This document shows positions 12,601-27,600 of a stretch of DNA of 64,000 nucleotides, one piece after another; within the stretch, counting starts at the first letter, position 1, and every line of letters begins with the position of its first letter. The stretch covers positions 28,077-92,076 of the forward strand of contig JAUCBJ010002449.1 in NCBI GenBank assembly GCA_032718475.1, in the 5' to 3' direction. The notes below the pieces were generated by a model. That model worked only from the letters and a program-made list of their open reading frames with translations. It ran no database searches and had not been told where the DNA came from. Origin of the DNA: Nemertoderma westbladi. Lineage: Eukaryota > Animalia > Xenacoelomorpha. The translations under genes and the position numbers were made by a program.

Positions 12601-15600
12601 ATGTAACTCTATAAATGGTATTAATCTGTGGATTTTCACTTTTTTGTTGAATTTGATTTTATTGATATTGTTGTACCTGTACCCCCGAACATAGACCCCT
12701 TGTTTCACCGTATAACAATTATCACACAATTACATGATCTACAGAACTAAATTAGATACACTACTCCACGTTCTTTCAGTGACCATAGTCGTAGACCAAG
12801 TACTAGCTCGGGCACCAGTCGTATAAAGTGCTAGCTCGGGCACCAGTCGTATAAAGTACTAGCTCGGGCACCAGTCGTATAAAGTGCTAGCTCGGGCACC
12901 AGTCGTATAAAGTGCTAGCTCGGGCACCAGTCGTATAAAGTGCTAGCTCGGGCACCAGTCGTATAAAGTACTAGCTCGGGCACCAGTCGTATAAAGTGCT
13001 AGCTCGGGCACCAGTCGTATAAAGTGCTAGCTCGGGCACCAGTCGTATAAAGTGCTAGCTCGGGCACCAGTCGTATAAAGTGCTAGCTCGGGCACCAGTC
13101 GTATAAAGTGCTAGCTCGGGCACCGGTCGTATAAAGTGCTAGCTCGGGCACCAGTCGTATAAAGTGCTAGCTCGGGCACCAGTCGTATAAAGTGCTAGCT
13201 CGGGCACCGGTCGTATAAAGTGCTAGCTCGGGCACCAGTCGTATAAAGTGCTAGCTCGGGCATCGGTCGTATAAAGTGCTAGCTCGGGCACCAGTCGTAT
13301 AAAGTGCTAGCTCGGCACGTTTCAGTGAGTCTTTGAGCGTAAAACAAAATATTGTAAATGGAATATTTGTGTTGTTAAATCGCGATGTATTGGATCTATC
13401 ATGTGTAACTAAAACACGCAATGCCAATAGTTGTCTTATATGTTTAATGCCAATAGTTGTCTTATAGCCTAATAGATGTTTATTGTTTTGATACATTTAG
13501 TCTCAGGGAAGTTCTTCCGTGTATCACAATAAAACTTATTATAATTAAACAATTTAAGTTGGTGCAAAAAAATGAAATAAAATATACAACTAACATTGTT
13601 GGTTTGGAATGTAACTCGAGTGTAATTGGAATCCACCATGTCTGCGTAAACATTACAGGGGTTGTATCCAGCAGATAGTAACGTCCGCCAATAACACAAA
13701 AGGTCCAGTTTAGAGAAGTTCTGATTCGCTTTCTCTCCACAAAGTTCAAGAAATAACCTATAAATAGAAAAGCTAAGAGATACACAACAGAACCACCCGA
13801 TAATGTTGTACAGATCGGTGCCTCTAAAGCTAAGAGATACACAACAGAACCACCCGATAATGTTGTACAGATCGGTGCCTCTAAAGCTAAGAGATACACA
13901 ACAGAACCACCCGATAATGTTGTACAGATCGGTGCCTCTAAAGCTAAGAGATACACAACAGAACCACCCGATAATGTTGTACAGATCGGTGCCTCTAAAG
14001 CTAAGAGATACACAACAGAACCACCCGATAATGTTGTACAGATCGGTGCCTCTAAAGCTAAGAGATACACAACAGAACCACCCGATAATGTTGTACAGAT
14101 CGGTGCCTCTATCTCTAAGAGATACACAACAGAACCACCCGATAATGTTGTACAGATCGGTGCCTATAAAGCTAAGAGATACACAACAGAACCACCCGAT
14201 AATGTTGTACAGATCGGTGCCTCTAAAGCTAAGAGATACACAACAGAACCACCCGATAATGTTGTACAGATCGGTGCCTCTAAAGCTAAGAGATACACAA
14301 CAGAACCACCCGATAATGTTGTACAGATCGGTGCCTCTAAAGCTAAGAGATACACAACAGAACCACCCGATAATGTTGTACAGATCGGTGCCTCTAAAGC
14401 TAAGAGATACACAACAGAACCACCCGATAATGTTGTACAGATCGGTGCCTCTAAAGCTAAGAGATACACAACAGAACCACCCGATAATGTTGTACAGATC
14501 GGTGCCTCTAAAGCTAAGAGATACACAACAGAACCACCCGATAATGTTGTACAGATCGGTGCCTCTAAAGCTAAGAGATACACAACAGAACCACCCGATA
14601 ATGTTGTACAGATCGGTGCCTCTAAAGCTAAGAGATACACAACAGAACCACCCGATAATGTTGTACGTACAGATCGGTGCCTCTAAAGCTAAGAGATACA
14701 CAACAGAACCACCCGATAATGTTGTACAGATCGGTGCCTCTAAAGCTAAGAGATACACAACAGAACCACCCGATAATGTTGTACAGATCGGTGCCTCTAT
14801 CTCTAAGAGATACACAACAGAACCACCCGATAATGTTGTACAGATCGGTGCCTCTAAAGCTAAGAGATACACAACAGAACCACCCGATAATGTTGTACAG
14901 ATCGGCGCCTCTAAAGCTAAGAGATACACAACAGAACCACCCGATAATGTTGTACAGATCGGTGCCTCTAAAGCTAAGAGATACACAACAGAACCACCCG
15001 ATAATGTTGTACAGATCGGTGCCTCTATCTCTAACAGATACACAACAGAACCACCCGATAATGTTGTACAGATCGGTGCCTCTATAGCTAAGAGATACAC
15101 AACAGAACCACCCGATAATGTTGTACAGATCGGTGCCTCTAAAGCTAAGAGATACACAACAGAACCACCCGATAATGTTGTACAGATCGGTGCCTCTATA
15201 GCTAAGAGATACACAACAGAACCACCCGATAATGTTGTACAGATCGGTGCCTCTATCTCTAAGAGATACACAACAGAACCACCCGATAATGTTATACAGA
15301 TCGGTGCCTCTAAAGCTAAGAGATACACAACAGAACCACCCGATAATGTTGTACAGATCGGTGCCTCTAAAGCTAAGAGATACACAACAGAACCACCCGA
15401 TAATGTTGTACAGATCGGTGCCTCTAAAGCTAAGAGATACACAACAGAACCACCCGATAATGTTGTACAGATCGGTGCCTCTAAAGCTAAGAGATACACA
15501 ACAGAACCACCCGATAATGTTGTACAGATCGGTGCCTCTAAAGCTAAGAGATACACAACAGAACCACCCGATAATGTTGTACAGATCGGTGCCTCTATCT

Positions 15601-18600
15601 CTAAGAGATACACAACAGAACCACCCGATAATGTTGTACAGATCGGTGCCTCTAAAGCTAAGAGATACACAACAGAACCACCCGATAATGTTGTACAGAT
15701 CGGTGCCTCTATAGCTAAGAGATACACAGCAGAACCACCCGATAATGTTGTACAGATCGGTGCCTCTAAAGCTAAGAGATACACAACAGAACCACCCGAT
15801 AATGTTGTACAGATCGGTGCCTCTAAAGCTAAGAGATACACAACAGAACCACCCGATAATGTTGTACAGATCGGTGCCTCTAAAGCTAAGAGATACACAA
15901 CAGAACCACCCGATAATGTTGTACAGATCGGTGCCTCTAAAGCTAAGAGATACACAACAGAACCACCCGATAATGTTGTACAGATCGGTGCCTCTAAAGC
16001 TAAGAGATACACAACAGAACCACCCGATAATGTTGTACAGATCGGTGCCTCTAAAGCTAAGAGATACACAACAGAACCACCCGATAATGTTGTACAGATC
16101 GGTGCCTCTATAGCTAAGAGATACACAACAGAACCACCCGATAATGTTGTACAGATCGGTGCCTCTAAAGCTAAGAGATACACAACAGAACCACCCGATA
16201 ATGTTGTACAGATCGGTGCCTCTAAAGCTAAGAGATACACAACAGAACCACCCGATAATGTTGTACAGATCGGTGCCTCTATAGCTAAGAGATACACAAC
16301 AGAACCACCCGATAATGTTGTACAGATCGGTGCCTCTATAGCTAAGAGATACACAACAGAACCACCCGATAATGTTGTACAGATCGGTGCCTCTATCTCT
16401 AAGAGATACACAACAGAACCACCCGATAATGTTGTACAGATCGGTGCCTCTATCTCTAAGAGATACAAAACAGAACCACCCGATAATGTTGTACAGATCG
16501 GTGCCTCTAAAGCTAAGAGATACACAACAGAACCACCCGATAATGTTGTACAGATCGGTGCCTCTATCTCTAAGAGATACACAACAGAACCACCCGATAA
16601 TGTTGTACAGATCGGTGCCTCTATAGCTAAGAGATACACAACAGAACCACCCGATAATGTTGTACAGATCGGTGCCTCTAAAGCTAAGAGATACACAACA
16701 GAACCACCCGATAATGTTGTACAGATCGGTGCCTCTATCTCTAAGAGATACACAACAGAACCACCCGATAATGTTGTACAGATCGGTGCCTCTATCTCTA
16801 AGAGATACACAACAGAACCACCCGATAATGTTGTACAGATCGGCGCCTCTATAGCTAAGAGATACACAACAGAACCACCCGATAATGTTGTACAGATCGG
16901 TGCCTCTATCTCTAAGAGATACACAACAGAACCACCCGATAATGTTGTACAGATCGGTGCCTCTATAGCTAAGAGATACACAACAGAACCACCCGATAAT
17001 GTTGTACAGATCGGTGCCTCTAAAGCTAAGAGATACACAACAGAACCACCCGATAATGTTGTACAGATCGGTGCCTCTATCTCTAAGAGATACACAACAG
17101 AACCACCCGATAATGTTGTACAGATCGGTGCCTCTATCTCTAAGAGATACACAACAGAACCACCCGATAATGTTGTACAGATCGGTGCCTCTATAGCTAA
17201 GAGATACACAACAGAACCACCCGATAATGTTGTACAGATCGGTGCCTCTAAAGCTAAGAGATACACAACAGAACCACCCGATAATGTTGTACAGATCGGT
17301 GCCTCTAAAGCTAAGAGATACACAACAGAACCACCCGATAATGTTGTACAGATCGGTGCCTCTATAGCTAAGAGATACACAACAGAACCACCCGATAATG
17401 TTGTACAGATCGGTACCTCTGTCTCTAAGAGATACACAACAGAACCACCCGATAATGTTGAACAGATCGGTGCCTCTAAAGCTAAGAGATACACAACAGA
17501 ACCACCCGATAATGTTGTACAGATCGGTGCCTCTAAAGCTAAGAGATACACAACAGAACCACCCGATAATGTTGTACAGATCGGTGCCTCTATCTCTAAG
17601 AGATACACAACAGAACCACCCGATAATGTTGTACAGATCGGTGCCTCTATAGCTAAGAGATACACAACAGAACCACCCGATAATGTTGTACAGATCGGTG
17701 CCTCTAAAGCTAAGAGATACACAACAAAACCACCCGATAATGTTGTACAGATCGGTGCCTCTAAAGCTCTAAGAGATACACAACAGAACCACCCGATAAT
17801 GTTGTACAGATCGGTGCCTCTAAAGCTAAGAGATACACAACAGAACCACCCGATAATGTTGTACAGATCGGTGCCTCTAAAGCTAAGAGATACACAACAG
17901 AACCACCCGATAATGTTGTACAGATCGGCGCCTCTATAGCTAAGAGATACACAACAGAACCACCCGATAATGTTGTACAGATCGGTGCCTCTATCTCTAA
18001 GAGATACACAACAGAACCACCCGATAATGTTGTACAGATCGGTGCCTCTAAAGCTAAGAGATACACAACAGAACCACCCGATAATGTTGTACAGATCGGT
18101 GCCTCTAAAGCTAAGAGATACACAACAGAACCACCCGATAATGTTGTACAGATCGGTGCCTCTATCTCTAAGAGATACACAACAGAACCACCCGATAATG
18201 TTGTACAGATCGGTGCCTCTAAAGCTAAGAGATACACAACAGAACCACCCGATAATGTTGTACAGATCGGTGCCTCTATCTCTAAGAGATACACAACAGA
18301 ACCACCCGATAATGTTGTACAGATCGGTGCCTCTATAGCTAAGAGATACACAACAGAACCACCCGATAATGTTGTACAGATCGGTGCCTCTAAAGCTAAG
18401 AGATACACAACAGAACCACCCGATAATGTTGTACAGATCGGTGCCTCTAAAGCTAAGAGATACACAACAGAACCACCCGATAATGTTGTACAGATCGGTG
18501 CCTCTATCTCTAAGAGATACACAACAGAACCACCCGATAATGTTGTACAGATCGGTGCCTCTATAGCTAAGAGATACACAACAGAACCACCCGATAATGT

Positions 18601-21600
18601 TGTACAGATCGGTGCCTCTAAAGCTAAGAGATACACAACAGAACCACCCGATAATGTTGTACAGATCGGTGCCTCTAAAGCTAAGAGATACACAACAGAA
18701 CCACCCGATAATGTTGTACAGATCGGTGCCTCTAAAGCTAAGAGATACACAACAGAACCACCCGATAATGTTGTACAGATCGGTGCCTCTAAAGCTAAGA
18801 GATACACAACAGAACCACCCGATAATGTTGTACAGATCGGTGCCTCTAAAGCTAAGAGATACACAACAGAACCACCCGATAATGTTGTACAGATCGGTGC
18901 CTCTAAAGCTAAGAGATACACAACAGAACCACCCGATAATGTTGTACAGATCGGTGCCTCTATCTCTAAGAGATACACAACAGAACCACCCGATAATGTT
19001 GTACAGATCGGTGCCTCTAAATCTAAGAGATACACAACAAAACCACCCGATAATGTTGTACAGATCGGCGCCTCTATAGCTAAGAGATACACAACAGAAC
19101 CACCCGATAATGTTGTACAGATCGGTGCCTCTATAGCTAAGAGATACACAACAGAACCACCCGATAATGTTGTACAGATCGGTGCCTCTATAGCTAAGAG
19201 ATACACAACAGAACCACCCGATAATGTTGTACAGATCGGTGCCTCTAAAGCTAAGAGATACACAACAGAACCACCCGATAATGTTGTACAGATCGGTGCC
19301 TCTAAAGCTAAGAGATACACAACAGAACCACCCGATAATGTTGTACAGATCGGTGCCTCTATAGCTAAGAGATACACAACAGAACCACCCGATAATGTTG
19401 TACAGATCGGTGCCTCTAAAGCTAAGAGATACACAACAGAACCACCCGATAATGTTGTACAGATCGGTGCCTCTAAAGCTAAGAGATACACAACAGAACC
19501 ACCCGATAATGTTGTACAGATCGGTGCCTCTAAAGCTAAGAGATACACAACAGAACCACCCGATAATGTTGTACAGATCGGTGCCTCTAAAGCTAAGAGA
19601 TACACAACAGAACCACCCGATAATGTTGTACAGATCGGTGCCTCTAAAGCTAAGAGATACACAACAGAACCACCCGATAATGTTGTACAGATCGGTACCT
19701 CTATCTCTAAGAGATACACAACAGAACCACCCGATAATGTTGTACAGATCGGTGCCTCTAAAGCTAAGAGATACACAACAGAACCACCCGATAATGTTGT
19801 ACAGATCGGTGCCTCTAAAGCTAAGAGATACACAACAGAACCACCCGATAATGTTGTACAGATCGGTGCCTCTAAAGCTAAGAGATACACAACAGAACCA
19901 CCCGATAATGTTGTACAGATCGGTGCCTCTAAAGCTAAGAGATACACAACAGAACCACCCGATAATGTTGTACAGATCGGTGCCTCTAAAGCTAAGAGAT
20001 ACACAACAGAACCACCCGATAATGTTGTACAGATCGGTGCCTCTATCTCTAAGAGATACACAACAGAACCACCCGATAATGTTGTACAGATCGGTGCCTC
20101 TATAGCTAAGAGATACACAACAGAACCACCCGATAATGTTGTACAGATCGGTGCCTCTAAAGCTAAGAGATACACAACAGAACCACCCGATAATGTTGTA
20201 CAGATCGGTGCCTCTATCTCTAAGAGATACACAACAGAACCACCCGATAATGTTGTACAGATCGGTGCCTCTAAAGCTAAGAGATACACAACAGAACCAC
20301 CCGATAATGTTGTACAGATCGGTGCCTATAAAGCTAAGAGATACACAACAGAACCACCCGATAATGTTGTACAGATCGGTGCCTCTAAAGCTAAGAGATA
20401 CACAACAGAACCACCCGATAATGTTGTACAGATCGGTGACTCTAAAGCTAAGAGATACACAACAGAACCACCCGATAATGTTGTACAGATTGGTGCCTCT
20501 AAAGCTAAGAGATACACAACAGAACCACCCGATAATGTTGTACAGATCGGTGCCTCTAAAGCTAAGAGATACACAACAGAACCACCCGATAATGTTGTAC
20601 AGATCGGTGCCTCTATCTCTAAGAGATACACAACAGAACCACCCGATAATGTTGTACAGATCGGTGCCTCTATCTCTAAGAGATACACAACAGAACCACC
20701 CGATAATGTTGTACAGATCGGTGCCTCTATATGGGTATGACTACTTCTGGACGCCTTACCTGGGTTCCGAGACCGCTCTACATAGACCCACGTAGTCGCC
20801 ACTCCGCTGACATTGCCATGGTAACTCCTGGGATTTACGGCCAGTCGCCTCCCGTTGTTGCCAATAGTAACGGGCAATATATAGATGGTAGGATTGGGTC
20901 TGTTGCCCTGGTGACACATCAGTGCAAGAAACTGGAGAATCGCTTGATGTAAGAATACCTGGAACCAATTAATTAATAAAGATAAAGGAAACAGGGTGGG
21001 AGGGTTTACTGTAGAAGATCACCCATGGTGGTGAAGAGCCATTCCTTTAGGAAACAGAGCGGAAGGGTTTACTGTGGAAGATCACCGATGGTGGTGAACA
21101 GGCATTCCTTTGGGAAACAGAGTGGAAGGGTTTACTGTGGAAGATCACCCATGGTGGTGAAGAGCCATTCCTTTAGGAAACAGAGCGGAAGGGTTTACCG
21201 TGGAAGAAAGATCACCCATGGTGGTGAACAGACATTCCTTTAGGAAACAGAGCGCAAGGGTTTACTGTGGAAGATCACCCAGGGTGGTGAAGAGGCATTC
21301 TTTTAGGAAACAGAGCGGAAGGGTTTACTGTGGAAGATCACCTATGGTGGTGAACAGGCATTCCTTTGGGAAACAGAGTGGAAGGGTTTACTGTGGAAGA
21401 TCACCCATGGTGGTGAAGAGCCATTCCTTTAGGAAACAGAGCGGAAGGGTTTACTGTGGAAGATCACCTATGGTGGTGAAGAGGCATTCCTTTAGGAAAC
21501 AGAGCGGAGGGGTTTACTGTGGAAGATCACCCAGGATGGTGAAGAGGCATTCCTTTAGGAAACAGAGTGGAAGGGTTTACTGTGGAAGATGACCCATGGT

Positions 21601-24600
21601 GGTTAACAGGCATTCCTTTAGGAAACAGAGTTGAAGGGTTTACTGTGGAAGATCACCCATGGTGGTGAACAGGCATTCCTTAAGGAAACAGAGTGGAAGG
21701 GTTTACTATGGAAGATCACCCATGGTGGTGAACAGGCAATCCTTTAGGAAACAGAGCGGAAGGGTTTACTGTGGAAGATCACCCATGGTGGTGAACAGAC
21801 ATTCCTTTAGGAAACAGAGTGGAAGGGTTTACTGTGGAAGAAAGATCACCCATGGTGGTGAACAGGCGTTCCTTTAGGAAACAGAGCGGAAGGGTTTACT
21901 GTGGAAGATCACCTATGGTGGTGAACAGGCATTCCTCTAGGAAACAGAGTGAAAGGGTTTACTGTGGAAGATCACCCATGGTGGTGAACAAACATTCCTT
22001 TAGGAAACAGAGCGGAAGGGTTTACTGTGGAAGATCACCTATGGTGGTGAACAGGCATTCCTTCGGGAAACAGAGTGGAAGGGTTTGCTGTTGAAGATCA
22101 CCCATGGTGGTGAACAAACATTCCTTTAGGAAACAGAGTGGAAGGGTTTACTGTGGAAGATCACCCATGGTGGTGAACAGACATTCCTTTAGGAAACAGA
22201 GTGGAAGGGTTTACTGTGGAAGATCACCGATGGTGGTGAACAGACATTCCTTTAGGAAACAGAGTGGAAGGGTTTACTGTGGAAGATCACCGATGGTGGT
22301 GAACAGACATTCCTTTAGGAAACAGAGTGGAAGGGTTTACTGTGGAAGAAAGATCACCCATGGTGGTGAACAGGCATTCCTTTAGGAAACAGAGTTGAAG
22401 GGTTTACTGTGGAAGATCACCCATGGTGGTGAACAGGCATTCCTTAAGGAAACATAGTGGAAGGGTTTACTATGGAAGATCACCCATGGTGGTGAACAGG
22501 CAATCCTTTAGGAAACAGAGCGGAAGGGTTTACTGTGGAAGATCACCCATGGTGGTGAACAGACATTCCTTTAGGAAACAGAGTGGAAGGGTTTACTGTG
22601 GAAGAAAGATCACCCATGGTGGTGAACAGGCGTTCCTTTAGGAAACAGAGCGGAAGGGTTTACTGTGGAAGATCACCTATGGTGGTGAACAGGCATTCCT
22701 CTAGGAAACAGAGTGAAAGGGTTTACTGTGGAAGATCACCCATGGTGGTGAACAAACATTCCTTTAGGAAACAGAGCGGAAGGGTTTACTGTGGAAGATC
22801 ACCTATGGTGGTGAACAGGCATTCCATCGGGAAAGAGTGGAAGGGTTTGCTGTTGAAGATCACCCATGGTGGTGAACAAACATTCCTTTAGGAAACAGAG
22901 TGGAAGGGTTTACTGTGGAAGATCACCCATGGTGGTGAACAGACATTCCTTTAGGAAACAGAGTGGAAGGGTTTACTGTGGTAGATCACCGATGGTGGTG
23001 AACAGACATTCCTTTAGGAAACAGAGTGGAAGGGTTTACTGTGGAAGATCACCGATGGTGGTGAACAGACATTCCTTTAGGAAACAGAGTGGAAGGGTTT
23101 ACTGTGGAAGAAAGATCACCCAAGGTGGTAAACAGGCATTCCTTTAGGAAACAGAGTGGAAGGGTTTACTGTGGAAGATCACCGATGGTGGTGAACAGGC
23201 ATTCCTTTAGGAAACAGAGTGGAAGGGTTTACTGTGGAAGATCACCGATGGTGGTGAACAGGCATTCCTTAAGGAAACAGAGTGGAAGGGTTTACTATGG
23301 AAGATCACCCATGGTGGTGAACAGGCAATCCTTTAGGAAACAGAGCGGAAGGGTTTACTGTGGAAGATCACCCATGGTGGCTGAAGAGGCATTCCTTTAG
23401 GAAACAGAGTGGAAGGGTTTACTGTGGAAGATCACCGATGGTGGTGAATGTTAGCTTATTCAATCCCGCCAACACCCCATAAAGTTATTAGCCGATAAGC
23501 AATATTGGGAGCCGCGAGATTGGGTAATTAACCAACTCGCGCCATCCCAATAAGAATGGGAAGGAAGCACACAATAGAGGGTCAGGGGCCAAACCCCTAA
23601 CCCAAGGAGAACAGGTGGAGTTAACGGGAATACTCCACGGGGCGCCAACAAGGGTATTAACCAATCAGAGGGGGGAACGGCATCGATTGAGTAGCAGTAA
23701 GGCCACCGTGCAATATAACCAATAACCTATTCATCAGTGATTCAGTTATCTCAAGTGCAGCAGTGCTAGCGTAGGGTACAGCCAATTAGTTTAGTTAGGG
23801 GATCACGGGACTTTAGTTACCGTATCCCGCCTTGTACACATTCACAATATCTATATCTTATAACCTCCTATTATACACCGAACTTCAGAACTCAGTCACT
23901 TTATTTCATCCTTATACACGGCGGGGACGCGTGGACTAAATTACCACAACCGGATAAATCGGGATCCCTCTTGGATCCCGTCACAGTAACTAAACCCGAG
24001 CTGTCGCTCTAGTTAAACTCTAAGAACTACCGGTACAACCTAGCTAGCCGAATCATCAGCCACAGACGAGATGAGTGAATCGGGCGAGACACCACCGCGG
24101 ACCCCGGACGAAGATCAAACGATCCGCGAGGCCGCGACCAGGCGGTATAGGCCCACGACGCCGGAGCCATCGGTAACGGGCGACCCGGAAGTCCAAGATG
24201 AGGGGGACCGTCTGGAATCAGAACCCGAGTTGAGAGGAGAGGGACTCGAGCCGGAGGATAAAGAGAGCGAGAAGGAGGGAGAAAGAGCGGAGTCGACACG
24301 GCACGGAGAACGGCGCGCCGATGTCGCCGGCCAGCTACCGGCCGGGGGCGACGAGCGGCCCACCGAAACGGTGACGGTGGGGCCGACGGTGCGACGCCGG
24401 ACGCGAAGAGACGGAATAAAGATCGGTACCGATGTCGCCGGCCAGCTACAGGCCGAGGGCGGCGGACGGCCCACCGGAACGGCGACGGTGGAGCCGCCGG
24501 TACGACGTCGAACCCGGAGGGACAGGGGAGAAGTCGGCGAAGAGGACGTCGGGGTTTCTGAGCGACTCCGACGCGCTTACATCGCAACCCGGAGGATACT

Positions 24601-27600
24601 AAACGATGCCAAGAAGAAAGGGGCGAAGGTAGATGAGGTGAGACTGAGGAAGCGACTAGGTGAGTCGGATAAACACTTTAGTTATCTAATACACTTTGAG
24701 CAGAGAGAGCTAGCCGAAACGAGGGCACATGAGATTGCCGTGGAACTATTGGAACTATGGGAGTGTGGGGGTGTGGAACCTAGTGTAGGGCCAGTGTACA
24801 TAGGGCCATACTCGGTCGATGCCCGGGGAATAAAACCGGTGGGTTGGAGGGGACTCGAAGGGGGCGAATCCGAGGTTAACTCCGAGGATTCGGCCTCGTC
24901 GGTCGGAGAAAGTTCCGGGAGGCGGGGGAGAGCCAGTGGGTCGGGAAGGCGGAGGGAATCCGTTACAACCGATAAGTCTGTTACATCCTCCGTAAAAGAA
25001 AGACGGGTGAGAGAGATAGAGGCCAGACACCGTCTCAATCTAGCGGTGGAAGCTAATAGAGAAGTAGGTAGACGGCTAGAGGAGGGGAGAGTGATGCTAG
25101 AGAGGGAAGCGGTGTCGATTAAAGAGTTAAGGGAAAGGGGCGAAAGGGCCGCGAGGAACCTTAGGGAGTATGACGAGATAGAGTTGAGGGAAGAGAGGGA
25201 ACGCGAGGCGGAACGCGAGAAACGCGAGGCGGAACGCAGGGAGCGTGAGGCGAGAGAGGAAAGTGAACGCAGGGAGCGTGAGGCGAGAGAGGAAAGTGAA
25301 CGCAGGGAGCGTGAGGCGAGAGAGGAAAGTGAACGCAAAGAGCGTAAGGCGAGAAGAAGAGAGGGGATTGTGAGAGAGATGGAATTGGTCGAGCAGAGAG
25401 AACGGGAGTCTAGCGAGAAAGTAACAAGAGTGGAGAGTGGCCGAATAGAGTTAGAGAAACGGCGAGAGAAACTCCTAGGGTATACAGCTGTACACGCGCG
25501 CGATTTGGAACGGGCGCGGGCAGGAGTGTCTGAAAGCGGGGCCGGCTCGAGTATTTTTGAGGAGCCGAGGGCCGTAGATACATTTATTAATGCCCCACTG
25601 ACAGGGACCGCACGACAGACCCAAAACTGGTGTGACCGTACGGGCGGGGGGGGTAATAATAATGATGGTACAGTAGGCGTTGTTAATATTGATAATACCG
25701 TATGGGACAACACTAATCAAACCTTTATTGCAGGAAATACTTTACCTAGTGGTAGTAATTTAAATTTAAATCAGAACAATCCTAGTGTTAATGTAGGAGA
25801 TAATTCTAATATTGATGTAGTTACGCAAAATAATTCAAATAATCAAAATAATAATCCAAATTCGAACCTACAAAATAATTTAACTAACGCGATCACGCAA
25901 AATAATTCGAATAATTTAAATAATGACCTAAATCCGAATTTACAAAATAATTCGGATAACGTGGCCGCCCAGAGTAATACAAACGATTTTGTTTTGGGCG
26001 AGCAAATTAATTCCGTTTCCAATATGGGTGTTATTAGTGTAAACACGTCGGGCCTACGTAACCAGGGAGCAGAGGGCCTGGTAGGCCACGTAGTTAGTAG
26101 ACAGGGAGCAGAGGGCCTGGTAGGCCACGTAGTTAGTAGACAGGGAGCAGAGGGCCTGGTAGGCCACGTAGTTAGTAGACAGGGAGCAGAGGGCCTGGTA
26201 GGCCACGTAGTTAGTAGACAGGGGGCAGAGGGCCTGGTAGGCCGCGTAGTTGGTAGGCAGGGAGTAGAGGGCCTGGAAGGCCACGCAATAGCAGAGGGAG
26301 AGGCGGGGGTGAATAGACCCGACTGTGGTAGGGTTGATGTGTCGACTAGAGAGACATATAATAGCGGGGAGAGAGGTAGCGAAGTTAGATGTAGCGAGTG
26401 GGGGGGGGCTACGAGCACCCCACAACAGAAAGTTAGCGGCGAGAGGGGGGGGGGGCAGAGAGTGTCCCACAGCCGTCAGCGGATAATGCGAGGGCCGAAC
26501 AAGGTAAACCGCAACAACCGGCGACGGAAAGTAATAGGGGGATTGCGAGTATCCCCAGCGACGTGCGATCGAGCAGAGAAAGACAGGTTGACGTCGCGGG
26601 AGGGCAGACGGAGCGTCGAGCCCGATCAGAGGAGGAAAGAAGAACAGTGGGGTTTAACCGGGAGGTCGACGAGAGATCTCGTGAGCGGGAATATTCCACT
26701 GATAGGAGAAGAGAGGAAGAGAGTAGTAGAAGTATCGCCGCAAACGATAGAAGAGTGAGGACGGACAGCGAGCCGTCGGTAGTCGAGATGAGAACGGAGA
26801 GTCAGTGGGGTCGGACTCCGGGAGATTGCCGTCGCCCCGGAGGGATGCGATCCGGTGAGACGCATTACACGCCGAGAGAGGGGTACGCGATGTACCGGTA
26901 CGAAGATGAAAACAGTGGAGAGGGGGGTCGAAGAGAAACTTTCCGACGGAATATACCTACCGATCGAGAATACGGTAGCCGCGGGGAGGATTATTCGAGA
27001 AGAATAAACTTCGATCCCGAGCAACACATGCAGACTGTAGGGCATACTGTAGGTCTTACTGCACATACCGTAGGCCATACTGAGAGAGGCAATGTAGGCG
27101 ATAGGATAGCGCGGACAACGGGATTAAACCCGGAAGTCGCGGAATACATACCGGCGAGTAGGCCAGAAGCTGATAGGCCTATACCGGTACCAGCACAGCA
27201 GTATGACTACAGCATGCAGGGACATAACATATACCCAGGGGAGGGGGGAATTATTGCGGATAGGTGTATGGGCCCCAACATATTAACATCAACCCCAGTA
27301 CCAGACATACCGGTGGGGGGGGGGACAGGGTGACATTCCCCCATCACAATATCAACAATATACCCCGACAGGAACAAGAACAACGAGACCCCTAGATGAA
27401 AACAGGTCGTGCGATACAGACATATGGAGGGGGCCGCTACCCCCGATGACATATCCGAGTCAGAGAAGATCAAGAAATAGGACGGACGAACCGCACCAGA
27501 CAAGGGAAACTATACAGCACCCGTCGAATCCATTAGAAGCGCAGGCAATGGGGATGGCCACGTTGATCGATGCGTTGAAAACGAGGATCGAATTACCACC

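Noticed and set aside
7571-20730. CRISPR-like arrays
   Set aside because: Head-to-tail units with no unique spacers, no cas genes, and a eukaryotic spliced-gene context.
13469-20795. 1417-, 1378- and 842-aa ORFs and smaller ones on both strands
   Set aside because: Artefacts of a 57-bp (multiple of 3) stop-poor unit; frames switch at 4- and 2-bp insertions. Only 13595-13757 and 20760-20958 are real exons.
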